Source: a virus (lineage: Duplodnaviria > Caudoviricetes). From it: a DNA stretch of 64,000 nucleotides. The stretch is from the IMG/VR virus record IMGVR_UViG_2901040167_000002, positions 5,147-69,146 of that record. One strand, written 5' to 3'. Both the position numbers and the translations under genes were made by a program. Each line of letters starts with the position of its first letter. Position 1 is the stretch's first letter. The notes beneath the pieces were generated by a model that was not told the DNA's origin, ran no database searches, and saw only the letters and a list, made by a program, of their open reading frames with translations. Positions 52,938 to 62,913 of the stretch are shown piece after piece.

Positions 52938-53489
52938 CTATTTCTTTTTTTTACTTTTCGTTTTGGTTTTTGTTTTTGTTTTGGTTTTTTCTTCTTTAGC
53001 TTCTTTAGCTTCTTTTTGTTTTAATACTTCTAATCTTAATTTTATAATTTCTATTTTTGCCTTATATACTCTATTTCTTATACTTTTATAAAAATTATAA
53101 GAAAGTGAAATAATTATTAAACCTATTAAAATTTTTACACCATTTACAAGTGTATAATCTCCATTAGATAGTAAATTAAACATAGTATTTATAACTGTAC
53201 TATTAAATAAAAATGAAGCAAATGCTAAAGAAAGAGAAATATATACCATAGTGCTATCTACAGGGTAGATCTTTGATTGTAGCTCAATTCTCATAAAATT
53301 TAAATTATCGATATCATAATCTTCAATTTCTTCTTTATAGTCCTCATAATTTTTTTTAGTAATTCTATAAAATTTTTTCTTCTTGATTTTTTCTAATTTC
53401 TCCAAAGTTTTCTTCTTGATTTTTTCTAATTTTTCCAAATTTTTCCCTCCCGTCTTATGTATATTAACATAATCTTTGGAAAAGGTCAT
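52938..53489 (-). CDS. Two-TM membrane protein with Lys/Thr-rich tail
   Basis: AAGGAG RBS before MTFSKD; the longer ORF call overlaps the tRNA. Confidence 0.6.
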   Translation of the reverse strand: MTFSKDYVNIHKTGGKNLEKLEKIKKKTLEKLEKIKKKKFYRITKKNYEDYKEEIEDYDIDNLNFMRIELQSKIYPVDSTMVYISLSLAFASFLFNSTVINTMFNLLSNGDYTLVNGVKILIGLIIISLSYNFYKSIRNRVYKAKIEIIKLRLEVLKQKEAKEAKEEKTKTKTKTKTKSKKKK

Positions 53490-53525
53490 CAAAAACTCCT
53501 TGTTATATAATTTTATATTAAAATT

Positions 53526-53599
53526 TGGCAAAAATGCAGAGAATTGAACTCTGATTAAATGGTTAACAGCCATCCGTTCTACCATTGAACTACATTTCC
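53526..53599 (-). tRNA. tRNA-Asn(GUU), CCA encoded
   Basis: GGAAATG TA GTTC AATGGTA GAAC G GATGG CTGTTAA CCATT TAAT CAGAG TTCAATT CTCTG CATTTTT GCCA cloverleaf. Confidence 0.9.
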
Positions 53600-53716
53600 A
53601 TATTAAAAGGATACAAGACTCATCTCATACCCCTAATAACCCTACCATCCTTGTGAATATCATCTCCGTATTGAATTAACCTCCATTTTTAAAAGGTTGG
53701 ATATAACCTTGAATCA

Positions 53717-53911
53717 TTATGCTAATGGTTGTTCAATCTTTTTCTTTAATGTAAACTCAACTTCTGTTCCATCAAAATTCTTAATTATATCAGTTAAAGA
53801 AACTTCTCCTTCTTCTGATTCAACTACCATATTTTCTAAATCTTCTACATTAAGAGTACCTACTAATTTATACTCATCAGAAGTTGTTCTAATATTTTTT
53901 GCTTTTGCCAT
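53717..53911 (-). CDS. YonK-like small protein
   Basis: LTDIIKNFDGTEVEFTL motif; follows HU as in SPbeta. Confidence 0.6.
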   Translation of the reverse strand: MAKAKNIRTTSDEYKLVGTLNVEDLENMVVESEEGEVSLTDIIKNFDGTEVEFTLKKKIEQPLA

Positions 53912-53995
53912 TAATTCCACCTACTCTTCATTTATTTTGATTAAAAGTCTTATTTTAATAGGAAAGTCCGAAGACAATCCTATTATTTATATATT

Positions 53996-54271
53996 CTACT
54001 TATTCACTTTTTCTTTTAATGTTTTACTAGCCTTAAATGCTGGAGCTTTTTTAGCTTCTATGTGCATCTTTTCTCCTGTTAATGGATTGTGACCTTCTCT
54101 AGCTGCTCTTTCTCTAGTCTCGAAAGTTCCAAATCCAACTAATTGAACTCTTTCACCATTTTCTAAAGCTTCTTCAACACTTTCTACAAATGCTTTTAAA
54201 GCTACTTCTGTTTCCTTCTTTGTTGATCCTGATTTTTCTGCCATTCTTCCTATTAATTCTTTCTTATTCAT
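53996..54271 (-). CDS. hup: HU histone-like DNA-binding protein
   Basis: MNKKELI...VQLVGFGTFETRERAAREGHNPLTGE...PAFKASKTLKEKV. Confidence 0.97.
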   Translation of the reverse strand: MNKKELIGRMAEKSGSTKKETEVALKAFVESVEEALENGERVQLVGFGTFETRERAAREGHNPLTGEKMHIEAKKAPAFKASKTLKEKVNK

Positions 54272-54612
54272 AATTATCTACTCCTTTTTCTCTCTTTTTT
54301 TATTTATTTTATTAAGCCATAAGGCTTTTGGTTTACTTGTTTAACTTTATACCTTTAAAAAATAACTTTCTCTTTTGTGATAGGATAGTCCTTACGCTCT
54401 GACTATCCCACACAAAGAGAGAAATAAAATTTGAGAGGTATAAAAATGAAATGATAGAGTAATTGTTTATTTATTTTATAAAATATTGCTTTTATTTACT
54501 CTACCATAAGGTATCGTTTAGAGGGTTCTTATATAAAACGCTACAAGCGTTGATATAACTAGCTTTAAGAGGTATTACTTAAATTTATTTTTTAAAAACG
54601 TAAACGAAATTA

Positions 54613-57432
54613 CTAGATTTTCTCTGATTTTTTTATTATTTTATAAGCATCACACCATATAATCTCAGATCCATCTGTGTCTAATACGAGTGTTTTATCA
54701 TTTAAAATATTATTACTTTTGAAACAATTTAATACATATTCAGAATTAACATTATACAACAATGTTAATGTTAATGAAGTCATATCTGAGAATTTTTTTT
54801 CTGTATCTTCCTTAACTACCCCAAAAGCCTTCCTTAATATCATCATTATAGTCTTATTTGTCAACTTTAACTTTTTAATATTTTCTATAGCTTTCTTTTT
54901 TGCATTCTTACTTATAGTATGTCTTGCTTTATCTCCATACCTTTCTTTGCAATTAATTGTTTTACACCAATTTACAGTCCTATTACATTTAATTATAATC
55001 TGTAATACTTCTTCTATATGTCTTGTGTTTTTTATTCCATTTAGTGATGAATATGGTTCTAATAAAGATTTCATTTCAATTAATTTTGTTGGTAGCGTTT
55101 TCCCTAACTCATTATCCATTACATCTTGTAAATAATCCATTCCGCAATCTAAATGTTTTAATATCCTAAATTGATTATTAGCTATTTCTCCAAAAAATTT
55201 AGGAACTATCATTTTTTTAATAGAAGTTTTCTTACCATTTTCATCTTTTAAAATCTCTTCATTAAAATATAATATATTGTTACCTTTAACTTCCCATTTA
55301 TTTATTTTCTGCATTTCCATTAATAAAGACATTCTTTTTCCATTGTTATCCATGAAGGATTTTTTAGCCATATCTATTGCTATTTGAGAAAATGAAGATA
55401 ACATTGAACTAGCATCATATAATTTTTGAATTAATTCTTTGTCCCCACTATTGGCAATGTAATGCCACATATAAGCATTACATATAGCGCTTTTATTAAC
55501 TATTTGTCCTATTGTTCTAGTAGATTGTCCTAAATAATTATCTAATTCAGCTAACTCTTCTAACGTATCTCTTTTGAGATCTATTTTACCTTTGATAGCA
55601 TTAATGGGTGTGTGATACTTGTCCATACATTCCTTAGCTTTAGCTACTATTATAGGTTGTTCTGATAGTAAAGCAGAATCTATATCGAAATCACAACCTT
55701 GTAATCTATTCATTACATCTACATCATATGTATTAAGCACAACTACAAAATCCGAAAGATTAAACCATTTATATTCATTGTGATATATGTTGGTTACATG
55801 TGCTATATTTCCACTATTAATTTGTGGATTTCTAATCATGCATAGCTCCTTATTATTATCGAATCTAGGACAATAAACTTCCCAACCATGACTTATACTA
55901 TCTGTCATCATTTCTTTCTGTGTAGTTTGCTTTAACATTGTATAAGGGCAAGAGAATAAGATTGAATATAATGAATTACTTATTCTTACCTTTCCAGTCC
56001 TAACATCTCTTATATAATTATCTATTTGATTCTTTTTATATTCTTTAAAAGCTTTAGTAAATCTATAGTCACTATTAACAGATATTAAATCACTTATTAT
56101 TTCTCCAGATGATAATTCAGAACCATTATTCCCTATATAGTGCATGAAATAGGTCATATCGTTTTTTAACTTAGTTGCTTCCTCTCTTTGTTTTTTACTT
56201 AATTTTTGTCCTATTGTTTTATTATCTATTAGACAATTATTTTTTAACATTTTTATGTAATTTATTTCTTCTTGTGCTATTTGTTTAACTTCATCGTAAT
56301 TTAATTCTAATGAATTAATCATTTGATAAGATAACCTATTGGCATATCCATAGTTACCAATGTGATCCGTTTTAACTACTCCAAACATTAAATCAATATG
56401 TGACCACCAATGTAAGTAACATTCTTTTTTAGATTCAAACTTATTAGTAAATTTTAAGAATTTACAACTTGAAGGTGTGATAACCAATTTAATATCTTTA
56501 CTATCAACCCATCCTCTATATATATCATAAACCTGCGTTATGTTATTCTCTTTATAATATTCTTGTAATTTTGTATTGAAAGCTGCACACTTTGTGAAAT
56601 CATTTCTAAGTAAAGCTACTGAATGTCCTTTAATTATTTTATTATTCTCAAAAACTGATTCGTCCAATAACCCTTGTCCATCTGTCATATTGTTTTGTAC
56701 TGGATAATCTTCGTATTCATTAACCACAATCTCATTATCTTCATTTCTTTCCGTAACGGATGCTTTAACTTTCATTTTTTTTCCCATTACATCATCAATG
56801 ATAAGTATTTCTTCTCTTTTTATATCAATAGTTCCTATAATTCCAGACATTATTAATGATATATAAGCATTCTTTGAAGTTAAATCACAGTAATCATCCA
56901 CTGGAAATTCTAACCCTAATAAACATTTATTATATAATGTTTTAAACATTTCTTCTTTTACAAAGATAGCACTAGCTGTTCTCGCCTTACTGCCCCCTCT
57001 TTTAAACATACAATATTTTATACCATTTATTTTAAATCCCTCTGTATATAATCTATGTCTAATTTTCTTCACATCTAATACTTTTATGTATTTATGTTTT
57101 TCTTCTGGTATATCTGATTCCTCTTTATATTTTTCATTCTTTATTTTATAGTGTTTGGTAAAATTAACATTTACAAATAAATCGGTATAATATTTCTCAT
57201 CTTCTCTTCTCCATTCATCAGGATATTTTTCATAAGCTCTTATAGTTTCTAAACTGTATGGTATTGTTGCTGAATATAAAATATCTTTTGTAAATAAAGG
57301 TTCTTTTGTTTCCTTACCATCCTTATCTATTTTTTTCTGATTCGTATTATATCCAATTACTTCATTTTCTAATTGTGCTTTATATATGTATGCTGCTTCT
57401 AAATTTAATATATATGTATTTTCTGCTTTCAT
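54613..57432 (-). CDS. YonO-like single-subunit (RdRP-like double-psi-barrel) RNA polymerase
   Basis: MTDGQG, LSYQMINSL, IRNPQI, LQGCDFDID, IGQIVN, QIAIDMAK; upstream of HU and the late genes as in SPbeta. Confidence 0.88.
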   Translation of the reverse strand: MKAENTYILNLEAAYIYKAQLENEVIGYNTNQKKIDKDGKETKEPLFTKDILYSATIPYSLETIRAYEKYPDEWRREDEKYYTDLFVNVNFTKHYKIKNEKYKEESDIPEEKHKYIKVLDVKKIRHRLYTEGFKINGIKYCMFKRGGSKARTASAIFVKEEMFKTLYNKCLLGLEFPVDDYCDLTSKNAYISLIMSGIIGTIDIKREEILIIDDVMGKKMKVKASVTERNEDNEIVVNEYEDYPVQNNMTDGQGLLDESVFENNKIIKGHSVALLRNDFTKCAAFNTKLQEYYKENNITQVYDIYRGWVDSKDIKLVITPSSCKFLKFTNKFESKKECYLHWWSHIDLMFGVVKTDHIGNYGYANRLSYQMINSLELNYDEVKQIAQEEINYIKMLKNNCLIDNKTIGQKLSKKQREEATKLKNDMTYFMHYIGNNGSELSSGEIISDLISVNSDYRFTKAFKEYKKNQIDNYIRDVRTGKVRISNSLYSILFSCPYTMLKQTTQKEMMTDSISHGWEVYCPRFDNNKELCMIRNPQINSGNIAHVTNIYHNEYKWFNLSDFVVVLNTYDVDVMNRLQGCDFDIDSALLSEQPIIVAKAKECMDKYHTPINAIKGKIDLKRDTLEELAELDNYLGQSTRTIGQIVNKSAICNAYMWHYIANSGDKELIQKLYDASSMLSSFSQIAIDMAKKSFMDNNGKRMSLLMEMQKINKWEVKGNNILYFNEEILKDENGKKTSIKKMIVPKFFGEIANNQFRILKHLDCGMDYLQDVMDNELGKTLPTKLIEMKSLLEPYSSLNGIKNTRHIEEVLQIIIKCNRTVNWCKTINCKERYGDKARHTISKNAKKKAIENIKKLKLTNKTIMMILRKAFGVVKEDTEKKFSDMTSLTLTLLYNVNSEYVLNCFKSNNILNDKTLVLDTDGSEIIWCDAYKIIKKSEKI

Positions 57433-57444
57433 TTCTTACCTCTC

Positions 57445-58266
57445 TTATGCTACATTATTTTCAGTTTTAACATTTTTATCATATGTTGGATTTTGCTTAT
57501 TAAAAAAATCTTTAGCATAGATAAAAATTAATTGTTTATTGTTATGTATTAATCTTTTCTTTAAATTGCCTTGTAATTGTCTAGTTATCGTACTTTTATG
57601 TAATCCATAATAAAGAGTTGCTTCTTTTAGACTATAAAAAATTTTCATACTGTTTATTTCTATAATCGGTTTTCTACTCTTACATTCTGTCTGTCCAAAT
57701 AAATATCTAAAACAAAGTACGCTACCTTGTTTTGTTTCTATACTATATTTCTTATATCTCTTCATACCTCCTTGGAGCTTTTTATTATCTAAATTATATC
57801 TTTCAGAAGCTTCTACGCTAGAATAAAAACATTCTTTTGTAGTTATACAATAAATAGGATGAGCCACCTTCTTGTAAAACCTTATTTTACTTTCCTTGTT
57901 TCTTTCTTTATTGCATCCACCTTGTGCATTATTATATCCATATGAAGGATCTACACTGTTATAGAAATTTATATATTTTTCTTCTTTTTCATTTAATTCT
58001 GACATACTGTTCGCTGTATCTAATTCTTCTATTACTTCAAAATTATTCATTCCATATTTATTAAATGAATTACATAAATGCTTATTTTTCCATTGATGAG
58101 TTTCATAATATTCTTTAACTCTTTCTATTCCTTCACCTCTACAACAATATCTATCTTTAAAACCTCTTGCCTGAGTAGTTTGTCCTATGTATACTTTATT
58201 ATTTATTTTATTTTTTATTCTATAAATGATTCCAAATACTTCTCTACCATCATGTAATTTAACCAT
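57445..58266 (-). CDS. GIY-YIG homing endonuclease with NUMOD1-like repeats
   Basis: GIIYRIKNKINNKVYIGQT, E..YI, GYNNAQGG. Confidence 0.9.
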   Translation of the reverse strand: MVKLHDGREVFGIIYRIKNKINNKVYIGQTTQARGFKDRYCCRGEGIERVKEYYETHQWKNKHLCNSFNKYGMNNFEVIEELDTANSMSELNEKEEKYINFYNSVDPSYGYNNAQGGCNKERNKESKIRFYKKVAHPIYCITTKECFYSSVEASERYNLDNKKLQGGMKRYKKYSIETKQGSVLCFRYLFGQTECKSRKPIIEINSMKIFYSLKEATLYYGLHKSTITRQLQGNLKKRLIHNNKQLIFIYAKDFFNKQNPTYDKNVKTENNVA

Positions 58267-58497
58267 TTGTATTTTGATTCACCTCTCTCATTTTTAGTTT
58301 TTATAATTTTTGAATATCCTCCGAGGTCGCATTCCTTGGTTAATATTTTTAAAATACTTGTTTGTAATAACCTCGGAGGTATAATTTATCATATGACCTA
58401 AAATAAAGTCAGTATTCTAATTTATATATCTTTTTTTACGTAAATATATTTATTTAAAATTACTATTTTATTTATATTTTTTATTTATTTTATTATT

Positions 58498-59349
58498 TTA
58501 TGCTATCTTCTTTCCTATTTGTATTTCTGTGTAAGACTTGATCGAATCTAAATAATTATCTATTAATTCTTTAACTAGCCCAACAGTATATACAACTTTG
58601 ATTTTATCTCCCTTTTGAGTTTTACCAGTCATAGAATAACCTTCTTTTGCTATAAGTTGAAGAAATTTTTCTGATGGTTGGAAACATCTTTTTTTTTCAC
58701 CTTGTTTCTTCATCATTGTTCCAAAACCATTCAAACAAAACCATTCATTAAGTATAGTGGTTGTAAGTTCTGAAATTTCTAACTGATTTACAACCTGTCC
58801 ACAAGTTAAGACTTTATCATTCCCATCTTTTATTTCTTTAGTTTTTTCTTCTATTTCTATTTTTGCTATCCTTTTTGCACTTTCTATAGCCTTCGTTCCT
58901 CCACCATAGACATCTAATAATAGATTTTTCTTCAAGTCCTCATTATCCTTAATAACCTTCCTCATGGAAAAGTACTCTCTTCTTAATTTCTTACGTATTT
59001 CTTTGGCTTCTTTAGTTTTCATAAAACCAACTAACAACATATAGCCTTGCTCGGATAATAAATAAATATTTTTACTATTAGATATTTTTTGTTTTGTATA
59101 CCCTAAATTTTCTAAAAGCGAATCGCAATTTGCGATTGAGTTTTTTAAATCAATTATATCAATTCCATCTTCAAATTCATCTCTATTTCTATTAATAATT
59201 TCATTAACTCTTCTTAATTCTTCATTATGGACTTCTGCTACTGTCTTAGCTAATATGACTTTCTGATTTTCTCCAAAACCGCCTTCAAGATTTGGGACTT
59301 CTATCCCCATAAAATTTGTATTTCCTTTAATTTGTATTTCATTATTCAT
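58498..59349 (-). CDS. ORF6N-domain antirepressor-like protein
   Basis: EGGFGENQKVILAKTVAEVH...IYLLSEQGY. Confidence 0.8.
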   Translation of the reverse strand: MNNEIQIKGNTNFMGIEVPNLEGGFGENQKVILAKTVAEVHNEELRRVNEIINRNRDEFEDGIDIIDLKNSIANCDSLLENLGYTKQKISNSKNIYLLSEQGYMLLVGFMKTKEAKEIRKKLRREYFSMRKVIKDNEDLKKNLLLDVYGGGTKAIESAKRIAKIEIEEKTKEIKDGNDKVLTCGQVVNQLEISELTTTILNEWFCLNGFGTMMKKQGEKKRCFQPSEKFLQLIAKEGYSMTGKTQKGDKIKVVYTVGLVKELIDNYLDSIKSYTEIQIGKKIA

Positions 59350-59597
59350 ATGTATACCTCTTTCTTCTTTATTTATTTTACTGTACCTTTATAAGCTATC
59401 AAATCCAATTCTAAGACATTCCATTATCAAGTAATAGAATTTGTCTAGTCAAATATTAAAGCCTCTTAGAATTAGCCTTAGTCACTTTATATTTGATTTT
59501 AAATCCCCTTGACAATATCTAGTATATTACTTCTAAATTATAATGTCAATATTATTCTTTATTTATTTTATAATTGTTTTAAAAAACCATCTAAAAT

Positions 59598-59671
59598 AAA
59601 ACAGGTATATACAGCTTAACCCTGTTTTCTTGAAATTTTAAAAAACAGGTATACGTAGCTTAACCCTGTTT
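59598..59671. repeat. Two direct ~30 bp repeats, each internally inverted
   Basis: AAAACAGGTATATACAGCTTAACCCTGTTT and AAAACAGGTATACGTAGCTTAACCCTGTTT. Confidence 0.8.
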
Positions 59672-59775
59672 GGGGTATAATAATAATAAAATATATTAAT
59701 AAAAATAAAATAAAGTTCTTACTCGCACGAATGGACACTACGTTATTCGTTTGAGTAGTTTTTGTTCTCTTGTTA

Positions 59776-60525
59776 TTATATTTTATTATTTATTCTTTTT
59801 TCCCAATACCTATATTGTTTTAATCCCTCTTTAAGTTCACCTTTTACATCTTTACTTATTTTTGTTAAAGCATAAATGTTATTATGTTTAATTTTATTAT
59901 TTTTGTTTCCAGCATTAATATAATCAATTAATCCTATCTCTTTTAAATTGGTTATTGCTTTTTCTACCGCACTTACTCCAGTATATTTAGTTATATTATC
60001 ATAACTTTTCCATGTTACCTCTGCTTCTCCCATACATCGTTCATATATATTCCTACTACCATCTATCTTTTTCACTCTTGCTTTAAGATAGCAATATACT
60101 TTCAGTTGAGTCATAAAATTTTGATTGTTAGTTGTATTGGATCTTATTAATTCTATTTCTTCTTGTTCAAGTTTGAAGAAATTAAAATATCCATCATCTT
60201 TATCAATTAAATTGCTGCAGTTTATTTCTAAAAAAGTATTTTTATCTTTTATCTCCTGTTGAAAATCAATTATATGTATTTCTTTTAATTTATATAGTAT
60301 ATCTTTAAAAGAATTTATATTTTTGGGCACATCACTATATTTACAACTTTCTATCAGCTTTTTTAGAGTAGTATTTGCAACATCAAGTCTATTAGTTAAA
60401 TAATATAAACTGTTTAAAATTAATATCACTTTCCCATCCTTTTTATTTATGTTGTTTAGTATACTCTCATCTTCCTTATCATATAATTTATAAAAAATCC
60501 TATTTGTAATGATACTATTTGACAT
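59776..60525 (-). CDS. Putative winged-helix DNA-binding/replication-related protein
   Basis: GGAG RBS before MSNSII; SYDNITKYTGV..EKAITNLKEIGLIDY HTH-like segment. Confidence 0.55.
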   Translation of the reverse strand: MSNSIITNRIFYKLYDKEDESILNNINKKDGKVILILNSLYYLTNRLDVANTTLKKLIESCKYSDVPKNINSFKDILYKLKEIHIIDFQQEIKDKNTFLEINCSNLIDKDDGYFNFFKLEQEEIELIRSNTTNNQNFMTQLKVYCYLKARVKKIDGSRNIYERCMGEAEVTWKSYDNITKYTGVSAVEKAITNLKEIGLIDYINAGNKNNKIKHNNIYALTKISKDVKGELKEGLKQYRYWEKRINNKI

Positions 60526-60924
60526 AATTATCTCCTTCCAAATTATTAACACGCTATTGTAAAGCTCTACAATCAATTCTAAGCAACTATTACTTGTTTA
60601 GTAGTGTAAATTTATTTCTAAGATTTATAGTCTCTTAGAATAGGTTTTAAAGCTTTCTATACATATATGGCTATAAGTAAATTTTAAAACTATATCCCTC
60701 TTTTGTCAAATAAGTTTTTTATTTATTTTTATATTATTGTTTAAAATATACTATGCCTTTAAATCTCATCAAAATCCATTTTAAGACATTTTATCCCTCT
60801 AATGTCTATTTACTATCATAATTGATTAAAAACGCTTACAGAGGACATGAGGTATCTTAGAATTGATTTCATTATTATATATTATTTTCCAGTTTAGAAG
60901 CCATATACATTATTAATATCTAAT

Positions 60925-61360
60925 TATCATTAAAATACATTATGTTTTTATAAAATAAGCAGTCTATACCCTATTTAGTATATTAAAAATACATTATTTG
61001 TTATTTTAGAATTTAAATACATTAACTTTGATATATTTTCTTACTATTTAACTAATAAGAGTTTATGTTTATGTATTTAAATGATATTTTTATAGATTAT
61101 TATCTTTCAAATACATGATCTTTATGAAAAAACATATTAAATATACACACTTTTAATTATGATTATGTATTTGAACTCTAAAAAGATGTGATATTTTAAA
61201 TATTATCACTTAAATACATGATCTTTTTTATAATTTTATTTAGTTTGTGTATTTGAATGATAATATATACAAAAAAGTGATTCATATAATTATGAACCAC
61301 TTTAGTTATTTCAAAGTATTTAGCTATAAAATTTATATTTATCATTTAAATACATGATCT
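60925..61360. repeat. Dispersed iteron-like motifs downstream of repA
   Basis: TATCANTNAAATACAT and its inverse at ~60926, 61071, 61101, 61204, 61247, 61340, matching the upstream iterons. Confidence 0.65.
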
Positions 61361-62569
61361 TTAATCCATGAATTGCCCAACATCCCACTTTGATCTTCCG
61401 AAAGCTGATAGTAGATATTCTTTAGGATTTGTTTTATTCTCGCCTTTCACTTCTTTTCTATATCTTAAACTTCTAAGCACAGCTATTACATAGTCCGTTG
61501 ATTCTTTCTCCATTAACTTCCCTATTTCTTCGTATTCCAATCCATAAGATCTAAGCTCAGGTATAATATCATTCGTATTTTTAAATAAATGCTTATAATT
61601 AGCCTCATCTAGTTTAAATTGGTTGAATATTATATTTATCCCTTGATTACGTAATATATCAAAGCTATCTATATATCCTACGTCAACTAACTCCTGAAAT
61701 GCTTTATTAATCTGTTTAATTGCATAATATTGCTCTTTCTTTTCTTTAAAATCTAATCCGATGTAATCAGCTAGTACCTGATATGTTATAAATTTAGAAT
61801 TCCCTTTAGACCATGTATTAAGAATTAAAAATATCTTTTTTGCAATAGCCATATTTAACCCTTTATATTTTTCGTAATCATATATCTTATAGTAATTATT
61901 ACACATATTGCTTAAAAAGAAATCGTCAATTTCAACACACTGAAAGTCTTTTACTTCATAAGGATTCATCAATTTTCCGTTTTCTCTTTTATAATCTTCT
62001 TTAGAATAGCTCTTATACCTTTTTAAAATTCTACAACTTTCTTCTCCTTTGAACTTAGATACAAATTCACCCTTTTCTGCATCCAATATAGCAAATTTAT
62101 TATAAATTGTAGTTTCATTTAATTTTTTTACACTTTTCTCAAGTTTCTTTTTTAAAAATCCACTTTTTGTTTTATATCCTAGCTCATCAGCTAACATTGA
62201 ATATGTAAAATGAATTTTTTGGGGTATTTTTAATTGATTAGTATCTTTATTTTTGAAAAATCCATTTTTATTATTCTTTAAATGAATTCTAAATAAGGCT
62301 AATAATACATCTAATTCTGCAATTTGAGGTACACCATGCTCCCCTCCAACTACCTTCATAGAAACTACCTCGTCATTAGATTTCTTCCAAACCCTTTCTA
62401 TGGTAGGTTCAACCTTTCTTTTTAAAGATATAAAAGGCAAAGTCATAAGATTTGTTTCATTTATTCCATGACTTTGCTTTATTTTAAAAAAAGTTAATTG
62501 TTCTTGTGAGTTATCCACAACTTCTTCATTGGTATTACTAACTTCTAGCGAGTTATTAACATTTTCCAC
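61361..62569 (-). CDS. repA: Plasmid replication initiator protein
   Basis: INETNLMTLPFISL, GVPQIAELDVLLAL, FTYSMLADELG motifs; flanked by iterons. Confidence 0.8.
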   Translation of the reverse strand: MENVNNSLEVSNTNEEVVDNSQEQLTFFKIKQSHGINETNLMTLPFISLKRKVEPTIERVWKKSNDEVVSMKVVGGEHGVPQIAELDVLLALFRIHLKNNKNGFFKNKDTNQLKIPQKIHFTYSMLADELGYKTKSGFLKKKLEKSVKKLNETTIYNKFAILDAEKGEFVSKFKGEESCRILKRYKSYSKEDYKRENGKLMNPYEVKDFQCVEIDDFFLSNMCNNYYKIYDYEKYKGLNMAIAKKIFLILNTWSKGNSKFITYQVLADYIGLDFKEKKEQYYAIKQINKAFQELVDVGYIDSFDILRNQGINIIFNQFKLDEANYKHLFKNTNDIIPELRSYGLEYEEIGKLMEKESTDYVIAVLRSLRYRKEVKGENKTNPKEYLLSAFGRSKWDVGQFMD

Positions 62570-62603
62570 AGTGTTCTCTCACTCCCTTTTACTTTCTATC
62601 CAA

Positions 62604-62733
62604 AGATAATGTATTTTAATGATAATCTTAATGTATTTCAATGATAATTTCAATCAAAATTTAATGTATATGAATGATAATTTTTCTTAAGATAATGTAT
62701 TTTAATGATAAACTAATGTATATGAATGATAAT
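62604..62733. repeat. Five iterons AATGTAT(T/A)TNAATGATAA, probable origin
   Basis: Five ~18 bp direct repeats at ~21-22 bp spacing or multiples, immediately upstream of repA. Confidence 0.8.
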
Positions 62734-62913
62734 TTGTCCTCTGTACCCATTGATATAACTGGTTTTGACAAAAGTAGTATACAGTTTAGTATATATTGTT
62801 ATATAGTATCATTATATTGTTATTAGAGTCGAGTTATAGTATCTTACGAAAAAAAATGAACACTTTTCCACTCTATTTATTAATATGAAATTTATTAACT
62901 AATTATGATAAAG

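Noticed and set aside
53376-53441. 33 bp tandem duplication (LEKLEKIKKK x2), and a similar 27 bp one at ~33665-33720
   Set aside because: Simple in-frame slippage duplications with no further sign of function
53490-53585. N-terminal part of ORF 52938..53585
   Set aside because: Overlaps the tRNA-Asn; an RBS-supported ATG lies at 53489
14-56856. Many plus-strand ORFs in the track (e.g. 7285..7647, 18070..18624, 54677..55135)
   Set aside because: Antisense shadows of long minus-strand genes, Ser/Leu/Phe/Ile-rich with no RBS or motifs; only 26842..27192 is credible
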